NCBI RefSeq assembly: GCF_001591565.1
Contig: NZ_BCVD01000046.1
Coordinates: 1,375-25,374, forward strand
Reading direction: 5' to 3'
Source of the DNA: Priestia flexa NBRC 15715
GTDB lineage: Bacteria; Bacillota; Bacilli; Bacillales; Bacillaceae_H
DNA length: 24,000 nucleotides
Both the position numbers and the translations under genes were made by a program. The notes below the pieces were generated by a model that did no database searches, was not told the origin of the DNA, and saw nothing but the letters and a program-made list of their open reading frames with translations. This document shows, piece by piece, positions 9,900 to 18,448 of the stretch (positions are counted from its first letter, which is position 1; the number at the start of each line of letters is the position of its first letter).

Positions 9900-10469
9900 T
9901 CATATGGCAGACCGTGTATAAAGTTTTCGAACTACAAGTATGATAAGTACGCAGCCTATGAAAGAAACCAATACCTTCCCAGTGCTTGTCCAATTCATGA
10001 CTTGGTAAACAGAATAGCCTTCAATAAGAATTGAAGGAAGCTTTCCAATTGAGCTTGCTAAAATAAAAATCCCTAAAGAAGTCTTTCCAATAGCCGCAAT
10101 AAATGTAACAAGTCCTGAAGGGACAAAAGGTAATAGTCTCAAAGAAAGAATAAGTAGAAATGCTTCTTTTCCCCGTGCATGTAAAAGCTGTTGAATTTTA
10201 GGAGAAGACAACCGCTTATGAGCAGTTAGCTTTCGAAAACCTTTTCGGTAGAGCCAAAACGAAACAACTGCTCCAACTGATTCTCCAATAAACGAAATAA
10301 CCATTCCTTCCCAAAAACCAAAAACAACCAAATTAGCTGCTGTTAAAAATACGCTTGGTAAAACACCAGCAATGCTAATGAGCACATTCAACAAAATACT
10401 TAGTATAAATGCAATACTATCATAGCTTTCGAATAGCTGAACCGTAATTTCTTGGATATCCGCATTCAT
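9900..10469 (-). CDS. TVP38/TMEM64 (DedA-superfamily) membrane protein
   Basis: 189 aa and polytopic. GESVGAVVSFWLYRKGFRK and LRLLPFVPSGLVTFIAAIGKTS are typical of the TVP38/SNARE-associated family. It sits immediately upstream of psd, like ybfM in the B. subtilis pssA-ybfM-psd operon. Confidence 0.75.
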   Translation of the reverse strand: MNADIQEITVQLFESYDSIAFILSILLNVLISIAGVLPSVFLTAANLVVFGFWEGMVISFIGESVGAVVSFWLYRKGFRKLTAHKRLSSPKIQQLLHARGKEAFLLILSLRLLPFVPSGLVTFIAAIGKTSLGIFILASSIGKLPSILIEGYSVYQVMNWTSTGKVLVSFIGCVLIILVVRKLYTRSAI

Positions 10470-10909
10470 TTGTCGCTGTTCTCTCCTGTTACAACTCGAT
10501 AAAGCTTGTTAGCAATTTCTTTTAGCTGCTGTGTTTCTTCCATAGATAAATGGGAATAGTAGCGCTCTATAATAAATTGATCAATTCGTTCATATTCATC
10601 AAAGTATTCCTGCCCTTTAGGACCAAGCGTTAAAAGGATTTCCCGACGATTTTCAGGATTAAGTTCTCGATGCAAATAACTTTCTTTTTCTAATTTAGTA
10701 ATAAGCTGACTAACAGAGCTCATTGACAAATTATATTTTTTCGCAATCGTCTGCACGTTTACAGGTTGCATATCATAAACTGACCTCAGCACATTAAATT
10801 GCTTTGGCGTAATATCATTAATTAGCGAAGAAAAGTACGTCTTCATTAAATAATCGTTTACTTTATTAAATATAGAAATAGCTTTTTTTATATTATCAGC
10901 TTGTTCCAT
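10466..10909 (-). CDS. MarR-family transcriptional regulator
   Basis: 147 aa. ITPKQFNVLRSVYDMQPVNVQTIAKKYNLSMSSVSQLITKLEKESYLHRELNPENRREILLTLGPKG reads as a winged HTH. The stop overlaps the next gene's start as ATGA. RBS AGGAG lies 8 nt before the ATG. Confidence 0.85.
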   Translation of the reverse strand: MEQADNIKKAISIFNKVNDYLMKTYFSSLINDITPKQFNVLRSVYDMQPVNVQTIAKKYNLSMSSVSQLITKLEKESYLHRELNPENRREILLTLGPKGQEYFDEYERIDQFIIERYYSHLSMEETQQLKEIANKLYRVVTGENSDK

Positions 10910-10920
10910 TTAGACACTCC

Positions 10921-10982
10921 TAGTTTATATACTTAAATAGTTTAACTACATAAACTATATAACGGAGACGAATAGCTGTCAA
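10921..10982 (-). promoter_or_regulatory. Sigma-A promoter with palindromic candidate MarR operator
   Basis: On the minus strand: TTGACA (plus 10977-10982), 17 nt, TATAGT (plus 10954-10959). The inverted repeat ATAGTTTA / TAAACTAT (10937-10944 and 10951-10958) overlaps the -10 element. A third half-site, TAGTTTATA, lies at 10921-10929. Confidence 0.55.
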
Positions 10983-10986
10983 CTAC

Positions 10987-11019
10987 AAGAAGCCCCTTCT
11001 TGTATAGAAGTGGCTTCTT
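10987..11019 (-). terminator. Hairpin downstream of yhbH (possible terminator; no clear U-tract)
   Basis: Minus strand reads AAGAAGCCACTTC-TATACAA-GAAGGGGCTTCTT, a 13-bp stem with 1 mismatch, 10 nt after the yhbH stop. Confidence 0.4.
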
Positions 11020-11029
11020 AAGTGATACC

Positions 11030-12208
11030 TTATGCATATTTTGTTCCTTCTGGCTCTTTTCTAAAAAAGCTTTTCATCGCATGAAATACATCTGCTTTTT
11101 GCTTAAGAATAAAATGGCGGAACTGTTCATCCTGAATATTCTTATATGCAGACATTAAAGTCGAATGACGATTGTATTGATTTACTTCTCCATATCCAAA
11201 CATATTAGAAACCTTCATTAGTTCGTTTACAAGCTTAACACACCTTGCGTTGTCGGATGTCAAATTGTCGCCATCTGAAAAGTGAAATGGATAAATATTA
11301 TAACGGCTAGGATCGTACTTTTTATTAATCAATTCAAGTGCTTTACGGTAAGCTGATGAACAAATAGTTCCACCGCTTTCTCCCTTAGAGAAAAAGTCTT
11401 CTTCTGAAACAACTTTGGCTTCTGTATGATGGGCAATAAATTCAATTTCGACAGTTTCATACTTTGTTCGTAAAAAGCGAGTCATCCAAAAGAAAAAACT
11501 TCTCGCCATATACTTTTCCCAAATCCCCATAGACCCACTTGTATCCATCATCGCAAGCACAACTGCTTTTGATTCAGGTTTTGTTACTTCATTCCACGTC
11601 TTAAACTTTAAATCTTCAGGGAAAATTGGGTGAAATGCAGGCTTACCAGTCATTGCATTTCTCTTGTACGCAGACATCATCGTGCGCTTTTTATCAATGT
11701 TCCCCATCAAGCCAGTACGTCGAATATCATTAAATTCAATGTGTTCAACAACAATGTTATCAGATTCTTTTCGCTGTAAATTCGGAAGTTCAAGCTGTGC
11801 AAACAGTGCTTCTTGTAGCTCCATGAGCGATACTTCTGCTTCAAAGTAATCTTCTCCAGCTTGATCACCTGCACCTTGACCTTTGCCAGCACCTTTTTTT
11901 CCATCACCGCCAGATCCATCTCTGGCTACCACATCTCCTACCTTACTTTCCCCATCACCTTGACCAACATGTTTATTCTTATCATAATTGTAGCGAATTC
12001 TGTACTCATCTAATGAACGAATTGGAATCTTAACAACGTCTCTCCCATTTGACATGACAATGTTTTCTTCTGTAATTAAATCCGGTAAGTTATTCTTTAT
12101 CGCTTCTTGGATTTTTTCTTGGTGTCGCTTCTGATCGTCATGACCCTTACGGTGGAGGGACCAGTCTTCCTTGGAAATCGCAAAACTCTTATCAATCTCT
12201 TTACCCAC
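11030..12208 (-). CDS. yhbH: YhbH/UPF0229 family protein (PrkA-partner, stress/sporulation-associated)
   Basis: ...[31 protein letters not shown]...DEYRIRYN...MMDTSGSMG...FHFSDGDN... shows the DUF444/vWA-like motifs. It lies directly downstream of prkA, as in B. subtilis. The start was moved to GTG 12208, which is preceded by AAGGAGGGG. Confidence 0.88.
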   Translation of the reverse strand: MGKEIDKSFAISKEDWSLHRKGHDDQKRHQEKIQEAIKNNLPDLITEENIVMSNGRDVVKIPIRSLDEYRIRYNYDKNKHVGQGDGESKVGDVVARDGSGGDGKKGAGKGQGAGDQAGEDYFEAEVSLMELQEALFAQLELPNLQRKESDNIVVEHIEFNDIRRTGLMGNIDKKRTMMSAYKRNAMTGKPAFHPIFPEDLKFKTWNEVTKPESKAVVLAMMDTSGSMGIWEKYMARSFFFWMTRFLRTKYETVEIEFIAHHTEAKVVSEEDFFSKGESGGTICSSAYRKALELINKKYDPSRYNIYPFHFSDGDNLTSDNARCVKLVNELMKVSNMFGYGEVNQYNRHSTLMSAYKNIQDEQFRHFILKQKADVFHAMKSFFRKEPEGTKYA

Positions 12209-12391
12209 GTATTTCCCCTCCTTGTTCAAGCTGCTTTTGAAAGGTTGGTTATTCTATCCTATGTCTCAAAATGGTATACTTGCTAATTAATTTAGCTTCG
12301 ACTTTTAAAAAGTCCGGCTGTACACTATCATATGAAAAAGCATCTACTGTGAATGAGATAAATGCCTATTTTGCTAATATAAAAGATAAAG

Positions 12392-12427
12392 AAAACATGG
12401 CACATATCAGCGGTGCCATGTTTTTTA
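12392..12427. terminator. Hairpin/terminator between prkA and yhbH
   Basis: AAAACATGGCAC (12392-12403) and GTGCCATGTTTT (12412-12423) form a 12-bp perfect stem with T-rich sequence on both sides. Confidence 0.65.
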
Positions 12428-12434
12428 TCATTCT

Positions 12435-14330
12435 TTATCGATTCAATAAGCTTCCTACATAGCGTAAAAGTTCGTTCGCTGAAACGGAATTATAGCCATG
12501 CTCATCAATTAAGCGAGCAACTACCTCATTTACTTTTTTCAGCTGCTGTTCGTCTGGTGTCTTCGTTGATGTGGTAATTTTCACTACATCTTTTAAGTCC
12601 GCAAATAATTTTTTCTGAATAGCTTCACGTAAACGCTCGTGCGAATTATAGTCAAAGCGTTTCCCTTTACGAGCATACGCAGAAATACGGATTAAGATTT
12701 CTTCACGGAACGCTTTCTTCGCATTTTCTGAAATGCCAATTTGCTCTTCAATTGAGCGCATTAGCTTTTCATCTGGATTCATTTCTTCCCCTGTTAACGG
12801 ATCGCGCAGCTTGTTTTTATTGCAATATGCCTCAACGTTATCGAGGTAGTTCTCCATCAGCGTCTTCGCTGATTCTTCATATGAATATACGAATGCTTTT
12901 TGAACTTCTTTTTTCGCGATTTCATCATATTCTTTACGTGCTAATGAAATGTAGTTTAGATAGCGCTCACGGTCTTCTGCTGAAATAGATGCATGCTGAT
13001 CTAACCCCTCTTTTAGTGAACGCAATACATCTAACGCATTAATTGATTTAATATCTTTTCGAATGATGGTTGATGAAATACGGTTAATTACATAACGTGG
13101 ATCGATTCCACTCATACCTTCATCCGAATGTTCTTTCTTCAACTCTTCCACATCTGCATCGTTGTAACCTTCAACAGATTGGCCATCATATAGCCTCATT
13201 TTCTTTAATAGATCAATATCGCCTTTTTTAGGCTCTTTTAATCTTGTTAGCGTTGTAAAGATGGAAGCAATGCGCAGCGTATGTGGTGCGATATGCACAT
13301 CCGATACGTCGCTTTCTCGAATCATTTTTTCATAGATTTTCTCTTCTTCACTAACCTTTAAGTTATATGGAACCGGCATGACGATAATACGTGAATGCAA
13401 GGCTTCATTTTTCTTATTCGAAATAAAGGAGCGATACTCCGTTTCATTTGTATGTGCGACGATTAATTCATCTGCACTAATTAAAGCAAATCGTCCTGCT
13501 TTAAAATTCCCTTCTTGGGTAAGAGATAATAAATGCCATAAGAACTTCTCATCACACTTTAACATCTCCTGGAACTCCATCATTCCTCGGTTCGCTTTAT
13601 TTAGCTCTCCGTCAAATCGATATGCTCGTGGATCTGATTCTGATCCGTATTCAGCAATGGTTGAAAAGTCAATGCTTCCTGTTAAGTCAGCAATGTCCTG
13701 AGATTTTGGATCAGATGGACTGAATGTACCAATCCCCGTACGTTTATCTTCAGAGAAGAAGATTCTTTCGACAATAACGTCTTCAATTCTGCCGCCATAC
13801 TCTTCCTCTAATCTCATTGTATTTAAAGGCGATAAGTTTCCTTCAACTCGAATGCCATACTCTTCATAGAAGTCTCGACGCAGATGGTGTGGAATTAAAT
13901 GAAGTGGATCTTCATGCATTGGGCATCCTTTGATTGCATAGACAGCACCACGATCTGTTAAAGAATACGCTTCTAATCCTCTTTTTAGCATGGTAACTAG
14001 CGTTGATTTCCCTCCACTAACTGGTCCCATAAGTAATAAAATACGCTTCCGGACATCTAATCGTTTCGCTGCAGGATGGAAGTATTCTTCAACCAGCCTT
14101 TCAAGCGATTCTTCTAGACCAAACATTTGTTCACTGAAGAATTTATATTGCTTTTTCCCATTGACATCTTCAATTCCTGCATCTTTAATCATATTGTAGA
14201 CCCTTGAATGCGCTGGCTGAGCAATTAAAGGCTCATCTTTAATTAGTTTTAAATATTCTTCAAATGTACCTTCCCATTTAAGTCGATTCTCTGCTTCACG
14301 GTATTTTTCAATTTTCTTTAATATATCCAT
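12435..14330 (-). CDS. prkA: PrkA serine protein kinase / AAA+ protease-like protein
   Basis: MDILKKIEKYREAENRLKWEGTFEEYL..., Walker A LLLMGPVSGGKST, about 631 aa. The start was moved to ATG 14330 behind GGGGAGG. The track extends to 14369. Confidence 0.95.
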   Translation of the reverse strand: MDILKKIEKYREAENRLKWEGTFEEYLKLIKDEPLIAQPAHSRVYNMIKDAGIEDVNGKKQYKFFSEQMFGLEESLERLVEEYFHPAAKRLDVRKRILLLMGPVSGGKSTLVTMLKRGLEAYSLTDRGAVYAIKGCPMHEDPLHLIPHHLRRDFYEEYGIRVEGNLSPLNTMRLEEEYGGRIEDVIVERIFFSEDKRTGIGTFSPSDPKSQDIADLTGSIDFSTIAEYGSESDPRAYRFDGELNKANRGMMEFQEMLKCDEKFLWHLLSLTQEGNFKAGRFALISADELIVAHTNETEYRSFISNKKNEALHSRIIVMPVPYNLKVSEEEKIYEKMIRESDVSDVHIAPHTLRIASIFTTLTRLKEPKKGDIDLLKKMRLYDGQSVEGYNDADVEELKKEHSDEGMSGIDPRYVINRISSTIIRKDIKSINALDVLRSLKEGLDQHASISAEDRERYLNYISLARKEYDEIAKKEVQKAFVYSYEESAKTLMENYLDNVEAYCNKNKLRDPLTGEEMNPDEKLMRSIEEQIGISENAKKAFREEILIRISAYARKGKRFDYNSHERLREAIQKKLFADLKDVVKITTSTKTPDEQQLKKVNEVVARLIDEHGYNSVSANELLRYVGSLLNR

Positions 14331-14448
14331 TAAAGGACCTCCCCTACTAGTTCTGGTGCTAGTGAACAAGATTAATACAATCTATGCAGTAAAATGTTTG
14401 AACATGCTTTTTAAATTAAGAAATTCAGAATTTTGTCTACATTAAAGA

Positions 14449-14477
14449 TTCACAGCGTGCCATGAATTAGCTATAAT
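14449..14477 (+). promoter_or_regulatory. Sigma-A-type promoter for the small ORF
   Basis: TTCACA (14449-14454), 17 nt, TATAAT (14472-14477). Confidence 0.5.
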
Positions 14478-14519
14478 AATTAGGAGGAGCATGACAGAAA
14501 AATAAAGGAGGCTCTATCC

Positions 14520-14615
14520 ATGAGGTTACTATTGGTTTTAGGCGTATCACTTGCTTTTTTATCAGCAATTTTTACGGCTGGGTATAATGACAAGCCTGGG
14601 GTAAAGCGCAAATAG
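14520..14615 (+). CDS. Unlisted 31-aa hydrophobic micro-protein
   Basis: AAAGGAGG lies 8 nt before ATG 14520. Product is MRLLLVLGVSLAFLSAIFTAGYNDKPGVKRK*, with a signal-anchor-like N-terminus and a basic tail. It has its own promoter upstream and a terminator 40 nt downstream. It is below the ORF-track size cut-off. Confidence 0.5.
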   Translation: MRLLLVLGVSLAFLSAIFTAGYNDKPGVKRK

Positions 14616-14653
14616 AATGAACCTACATAGAACAGTCATCCTTGTAAAAAAAA

Positions 14654-14681
14654 GAAAATCCCCTTAATCAAGGGGATTTTC
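14654..14681. terminator. Bidirectional terminator shared by the micro-ORF and trmL
   Basis: GAAAATCCCCTT-AATC-AAGGGGATTTTC is a 12-bp perfect stem. It is preceded by A8 and followed by T-rich sequence, and it overlaps the trmL stop codon. Confidence 0.8.
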
Positions 14682-15155
14682 TCTTAATAAGTCGCCGTAC
14701 TCTTGCTGTCGCAGCGCTTCATAAATTAAAATAGCTGCCGTGTTTGATAAGTTTAAAGAACGAACGTTTTTCGTCATTGGTAAACGCAAGCATCTATCCA
14801 TATTCGCTTCAATGATTTCATCAGGTAAGCCACTTGTTTCGCGACCAAACACAAAGAAGTGATCATCTTCTACATTGCTATAGTCAAAGGATGAATGCGG
14901 CTTCTTTCCGAATTTAGTGATGAAGTAAAATGCGGCTTCTGGATACTTTTCAAAAATTTCTTCTAACGAATCATGATAGATAACCTCAACATAATCCCAA
15001 TAATCTAAGCCGGCGCGCTTTAACATTTTATCATCCGTCGAGAAGCCTAATGGACGAACTAAGTGTAAAGTTGTGTTCGTTGCTGCACAAGTTCTCGCAA
15101 TATTACCAGTGTTAGCTGGAATTTCTGGTTGATATAAAACAACATGTAGTCCCAA
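14664..15155 (-). CDS. trmL: tRNA (cytidine/uridine-34 2'-O)-methyltransferase TrmL (SpoU/TrmH family; CspR)
   Basis: GLHVVLYQPEIPANTGNIARTCAATNTTLHLVRPLGF...FVFGRETSGLP...LNLSNTAAILIYEA. The start was moved to TTG 15155 behind AGAGGTG. Confidence 0.9.
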   Translation of the reverse strand: MGLHVVLYQPEIPANTGNIARTCAATNTTLHLVRPLGFSTDDKMLKRAGLDYWDYVEVIYHDSLEEIFEKYPEAAFYFITKFGKKPHSSFDYSNVEDDHFFVFGRETSGLPDEIIEANMDRCLRLPMTKNVRSLNLSNTAAILIYEALRQQEYGDLLRENPLD

Positions 15156-15222
15156 AATAGTCACCTCTAAATACAAATCTATTCATCATTATACCATTAA
15201 CTTTTCAAAACAAAAGGGATAT

Positions 15223-16113
15223 TTATTGATCGGTAATATGGAAAAACGTATACTTCATATTTGGCGTATAAGCTGTCGAATCTTCATAAGCCCAATAGCG
15301 CATGCGGCTATTATACGTATTAGCATTAACTAAAGGCATCCCGTCTGCATCTTTTGCCACAACGATTGTCGTGTGGTTCCATCTGCCGTCTCCTTCAAAA
15401 TCATAGCAAATAACATCACCCATTGTTAACTCTTTAACTGAGCTTTTTTTAATGGCTCGCAGCCCTTGTTTTGAGTTTTGGAGATAACTGTGCATCGAGT
15501 GTGCCACCGCCCAGCTATAGCTCCAATTATCTTTACTTAGCCACCAGCCTTTACTTCGATTAGGTTGACCTCTCATAGGGGCTTTTCCTGCTCGTAAACA
15601 CTGAGAGATGTAATTCGTACAGTTCACCTCAAAGTATTTATAAGCTGGATTAGGCGTATTCCAATATGTTTCTGCATACTGTACCGCTGCTAGACGGTCA
15701 TAGTACCCATTTCGATCAGCTACTTCTTCCTTATCATCCATACTAAATTCTAAGTCATCTATTTCATCTATATGAATAGGAAGCAATTTATCATGAATTA
15801 GCGTATCTTTATAAAACAATGCGCACCGCTCTTCTACCTCTTCTTCTACGTAAAATAAATCATCTTGTTTACATAAAAATCGTTTGTGTATTTGATAAGT
15901 AACCTTTGTCTCTTCATTTTCATTTTGAACGTCATGAATAGCTCCTTTAACCGTACACTTCACAACCTCTACTTTTCTCTTTCTCAGTAAAGACTGCTTA
16001 AGCTCGTATTCCTGTTCGATAAACGGCTTAAAGTCCTCGCTGATTACTTGATTCACGTAGCTATTTGCTTTGGCTTTCATCAATGTATATAGGACATTTT
16101 TCTTTGCTAGCAT
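15223..16113 (-). CDS. yhbB: Putative amidase-domain protein (YhbB-like)
   Basis: 296 aa. The C-terminal half (YDRLAAVQYAETYWN..NCTNYISQCLRAG..WSYSWAVAHSMHSYL..GDVICYDFEGDGRWNHTTIV) fits the NlpC/P60-like putative amidase domain. Its position between queG and trmL matches B. subtilis yhbA-yhbB-cspR. Confidence 0.7.
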   Translation of the reverse strand: MLAKKNVLYTLMKAKANSYVNQVISEDFKPFIEQEYELKQSLLRKRKVEVVKCTVKGAIHDVQNENEETKVTYQIHKRFLCKQDDLFYVEEEVEERCALFYKDTLIHDKLLPIHIDEIDDLEFSMDDKEEVADRNGYYDRLAAVQYAETYWNTPNPAYKYFEVNCTNYISQCLRAGKAPMRGQPNRSKGWWLSKDNWSYSWAVAHSMHSYLQNSKQGLRAIKKSSVKELTMGDVICYDFEGDGRWNHTTIVVAKDADGMPLVNANTYNSRMRYWAYEDSTAYTPNMKYTFFHITDQ

Positions 16114-16188
16114 CTGTTCACCACATTTCTCTGCTTTTACTATACGCTATGATGAACAGCTTACCTTTTAACACAACAATTTCATCTT

Positions 16189-17325
16189 CTATGACTTTAC
16201 TAACAGCGCAATTCCCTTTTCAAACTCTTGCTTGGCTTCCTCATCCTGCTCTTTTTCTTTTAATTGTTCCAGTATAGGTAGCACCTCATCGTTTCCAATT
16301 TTCCCTAAGGCCCAAGCTGCTGTTCCTCGTATTACAGGACGTACATCTTCTTTCATTACTTTAATTAAATCAGGTATAGCTGTTTCATCCTTAAAATGAG
16401 CAAGTGCAATAATTGCATTACGTTGAATTGGTTTTTTTCCACGCCAAGAACCAGATACATGGCCATATTTTTCTTTAAACTCACGATTGCTCATTGTTAA
16501 TAACGGCTTTAACTTCGGCTTTGCAATCTCAGGATCTGGTTCCATTTCAGGATGAAAGTGAAAGTCTTTACCTTTATTCTCAGGACATACCGTTTGGCAC
16601 GTATCGCAGCCGTATAAGCGGTTGCCAATTTTATCTCGAAACTCATCTACCAAAAAACCTTTTGTTTGTGTTAAAAATGCAATACAACGCTGAGAATTAA
16701 GCTGTCCGCCTGTAACTAATGCACCTGTTGGGCATACTTCAACACATTTATTACAAGTACCGCACTGGTCTTCAATTGGTTGATCCGGTTCAAATGGAAT
16801 ATTCGTGACGATTTCACCTAAATATACGTATGAACCAAACTCCGGCGTAATAATCGCGCAATTCTTTCCACTCCAGCCAATCCCAGCTCGCTCGGCAACG
16901 GCTCGATCAGAGAGCTCGCCCGTGTCTACCATAGATTTCACTTCAACACCTTGAACTTTTTCTTTTAAGAACGATTCAAGTTTTTGGAGCCTATCTCGTA
17001 AAATGGTATGATAATCTTGTCCCCAAGAAGCACGACAAAAAATGCCTCTTCGGTCTTCCTTTGTACTTCTTGGTGCATTAGGCATTTTAGAAGGGTATGC
17101 AAGAGCAATGGCAATGATTGACTTCGCTTTTGGAACCAAAAGCGTTGGATTCGTACGCTTCTCAATATCTGGTTCTTCAAACCCTGAAGCGTAGCCTAAT
17201 TCTTGTTGTCTTAATAAACGATCTTTTAACGTCTCAAACGTTGACGCACTAGCAAAACCAATTTTATCAATACCTATTTCTTTACTATAGGCAATCACTT
17301 CTTTTTTTAACTGTTGAAAATCCAT
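16189..17325 (-). CDS. queG: Epoxyqueuosine reductase QueG
   Basis: 378 aa. WGQDYH, GIGWSGKN, two ferredoxin motifs CGTCNKCVEVCP and CDTCQTVCP, and a C-terminal HEAT-like repeat. Confidence 0.93.
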   Translation of the reverse strand: MDFQQLKKEVIAYSKEIGIDKIGFASASTFETLKDRLLRQQELGYASGFEEPDIEKRTNPTLLVPKAKSIIAIALAYPSKMPNAPRSTKEDRRGIFCRASWGQDYHTILRDRLQKLESFLKEKVQGVEVKSMVDTGELSDRAVAERAGIGWSGKNCAIITPEFGSYVYLGEIVTNIPFEPDQPIEDQCGTCNKCVEVCPTGALVTGGQLNSQRCIAFLTQTKGFLVDEFRDKIGNRLYGCDTCQTVCPENKGKDFHFHPEMEPDPEIAKPKLKPLLTMSNREFKEKYGHVSGSWRGKKPIQRNAIIALAHFKDETAIPDLIKVMKEDVRPVIRGTAAWALGKIGNDEVLPILEQLKEKEQDEEAKQEFEKGIALLVKS

Positions 17326-17434
17326 TTATGCTATTCTCCTTTAAAATTCAATGCGTAGAATTGCTTTTACTATCATTTTCACTGGAACAATTCTACTCTA
17401 TACATAACTCACTAATGAAAAGGTGGTATTTTAT

Positions 17435-18100
17435 ATGAACGTTATCATTTCACCAGAAATTAAAGAAAAAAATAATGATATTAAACTAGGTATTATTCAT
17501 TATCGAAATATCGAAGTAAGCGAGGCTCCACAAATGTTAAAAGGAAGGTTACGACTCTTTCAAGAATCCATTTATTTTGATTTACAAGATAGAACCATCA
17601 CTTCTTTTGAAGGAATCAAGGAGTGGAGATGCATATTTAAGGAGTTTGGAACCGATCCAAGCAAATATCGTCCATCCATTGAAGCATTATTTCGTCGAAT
17701 TCAAAAACAAACGTACTTACCCACAATTAATTCAGCTGTAGACTTAAATAACTTCTTTTCCCTTCAGTACGAAGTTCCTTTAGGCATTTACGATAAAAGC
17801 TGTTTAAATGGAGACATTTCGTTACGACTTGGGAATGAAGATGAAAGTTACCTTGCAATTAATGGTCGAGAAGTATCTCTATACAATAAGCTTGTATTAG
17901 CAGATGAACAAGGTCCTTTTGGAAGTCCTTATGTTGACTCCAACCGAGCTCCAGTTTCTGAACAGACATCTGAAGCACTTCAGATAATCTTCTTAAAACC
18001 TTCTCTATCTACTGAAAGCTCCTTAAAACTAACTGAATCTCTCAGCACCATGTTTACACAAATTCATGGTGGAGAAGCTTTGTATTCGCTTATCAACTAA
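17435..18100 (+). CDS. B3/B4 tRNA-binding-domain protein (PheT B3_4-like, standalone)
   Basis: 221 aa. ...KYRPSIEALFRRI...LPTINSAVDLNNFFSLQYEVPLGIYD...LADEQGPFGSPYVDSNRAPVS follows the pattern typical of B3/4 domain proteins. The start was moved to ATG 17435 behind AAAGGTGG. Confidence 0.65.
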   Translation: MNVIISPEIKEKNNDIKLGIIHYRNIEVSEAPQMLKGRLRLFQESIYFDLQDRTITSFEGIKEWRCIFKEFGTDPSKYRPSIEALFRRIQKQTYLPTINSAVDLNNFFSLQYEVPLGIYDKSCLNGDISLRLGNEDESYLAINGREVSLYNKLVLADEQGPFGSPYVDSNRAPVSEQTSEALQIIFLKPSLSTESSLKLTESLSTMFTQIHGGEALYSLIN

Positions 18101-18104
18101 CCAC

Positions 18105-18140
18105 AAAGACGTTTATCTAATTTAGATAAACGTCTTTTTT
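18105..18140 (+). terminator. Rho-independent terminator of the B3/4-domain gene
   Basis: AAAGACGTTTATCTA-AT-TAGATAAACGTCTTT followed by TTTT. Confidence 0.85.
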
Positions 18141-18163
18141 ATTCACTATAACCCTAAAAATAT

Positions 18164-18206
18164 AAAAAACGCAACACCTTGTTTTTGGTAAACAAGATAC
18201 TGCGTT
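18164..18206 (-). terminator. Rho-independent terminator of tRNA-Gly
   Basis: Minus strand reads AACGCAGTATCTTGTTT-ACCAA-AAACAAGGTGTTGCGTT followed by TTTTT. Confidence 0.7.
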
Positions 18207-18222
18207 GTGATCACAATATGTA

Positions 18223-18296
18223 TGGAGCGGGTGATGGGAATCGAACCCACGACATCAGCTTGGAAGGCTGAGGTTTTACCATTAAACTACACCCGC
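18223..18296 (-). tRNA. tRNA-Gly (anticodon UCC), CCA encoded
   Basis: Minus strand reads GCGGGTGTAGTTTAATGGTAAAACCTCAGCCTTCCAAGCTGATGTCGTGGGTTCGATTCCCATCACCCGCTCCA. The acceptor stem is GCGGGTG/CACCCGC, the anticodon stem TCAGC/GCTGA with loop CTTCCAA, and the T-loop TTCGATT. Confidence 0.95.
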
Positions 18297-18328
18297 AAAT
18301 GAAGTTGTGCTATCTCTTAACAACATTC

Positions 18329-18357
18329 ATTATAGTATCTTTCGACATAAATTGCAA
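18329..18357 (-). promoter_or_regulatory. Near-consensus sigma-A promoter of tRNA-Gly
   Basis: On the minus strand: TTGCAA (18352-18357), 17 nt, TATAAT (18329-18334), about 30 nt upstream of the tRNA 5' end. Confidence 0.7.
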
Positions 18358-18411
18358 CCCTTCTGTTAAATTTATGTGAAAATATTAACGAACTATTAAG
18401 TTTTCATAAAC

Positions 18412-18447
18412 AAATAGGCTTTACAAGTTACCTTGCAAAGCCTATTT
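18412..18447 (-). terminator. Terminator hairpin after fbp
   Basis: Minus strand reads AAATAGGCTTTGCAAG-GTAA-CTTGTAAAGCCTATTT followed by GTTTAT. It starts 2 nt after the fbp stop. Confidence 0.7.
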
Positions 18448-18448
18448 C

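Noticed and set aside
12271-12462. 63-aa plus-strand ORF between yhbH and prkA
   Set aside because: There is no RBS within 20 nt of the ATG. It runs through the 12392-12427 terminator hairpin and into the 3' end of prkA in antisense.
14482-14505. Mini-ORF ATG ACA GAA AAA TAA (MTEK) behind AGGAGG, just upstream of the 31-aa ORF
   Set aside because: The SD-to-ATG spacing is only 3 nt, too short for efficient initiation. This is more likely a fortuitous purine-rich leader, though a leader-peptide role cannot be fully excluded.
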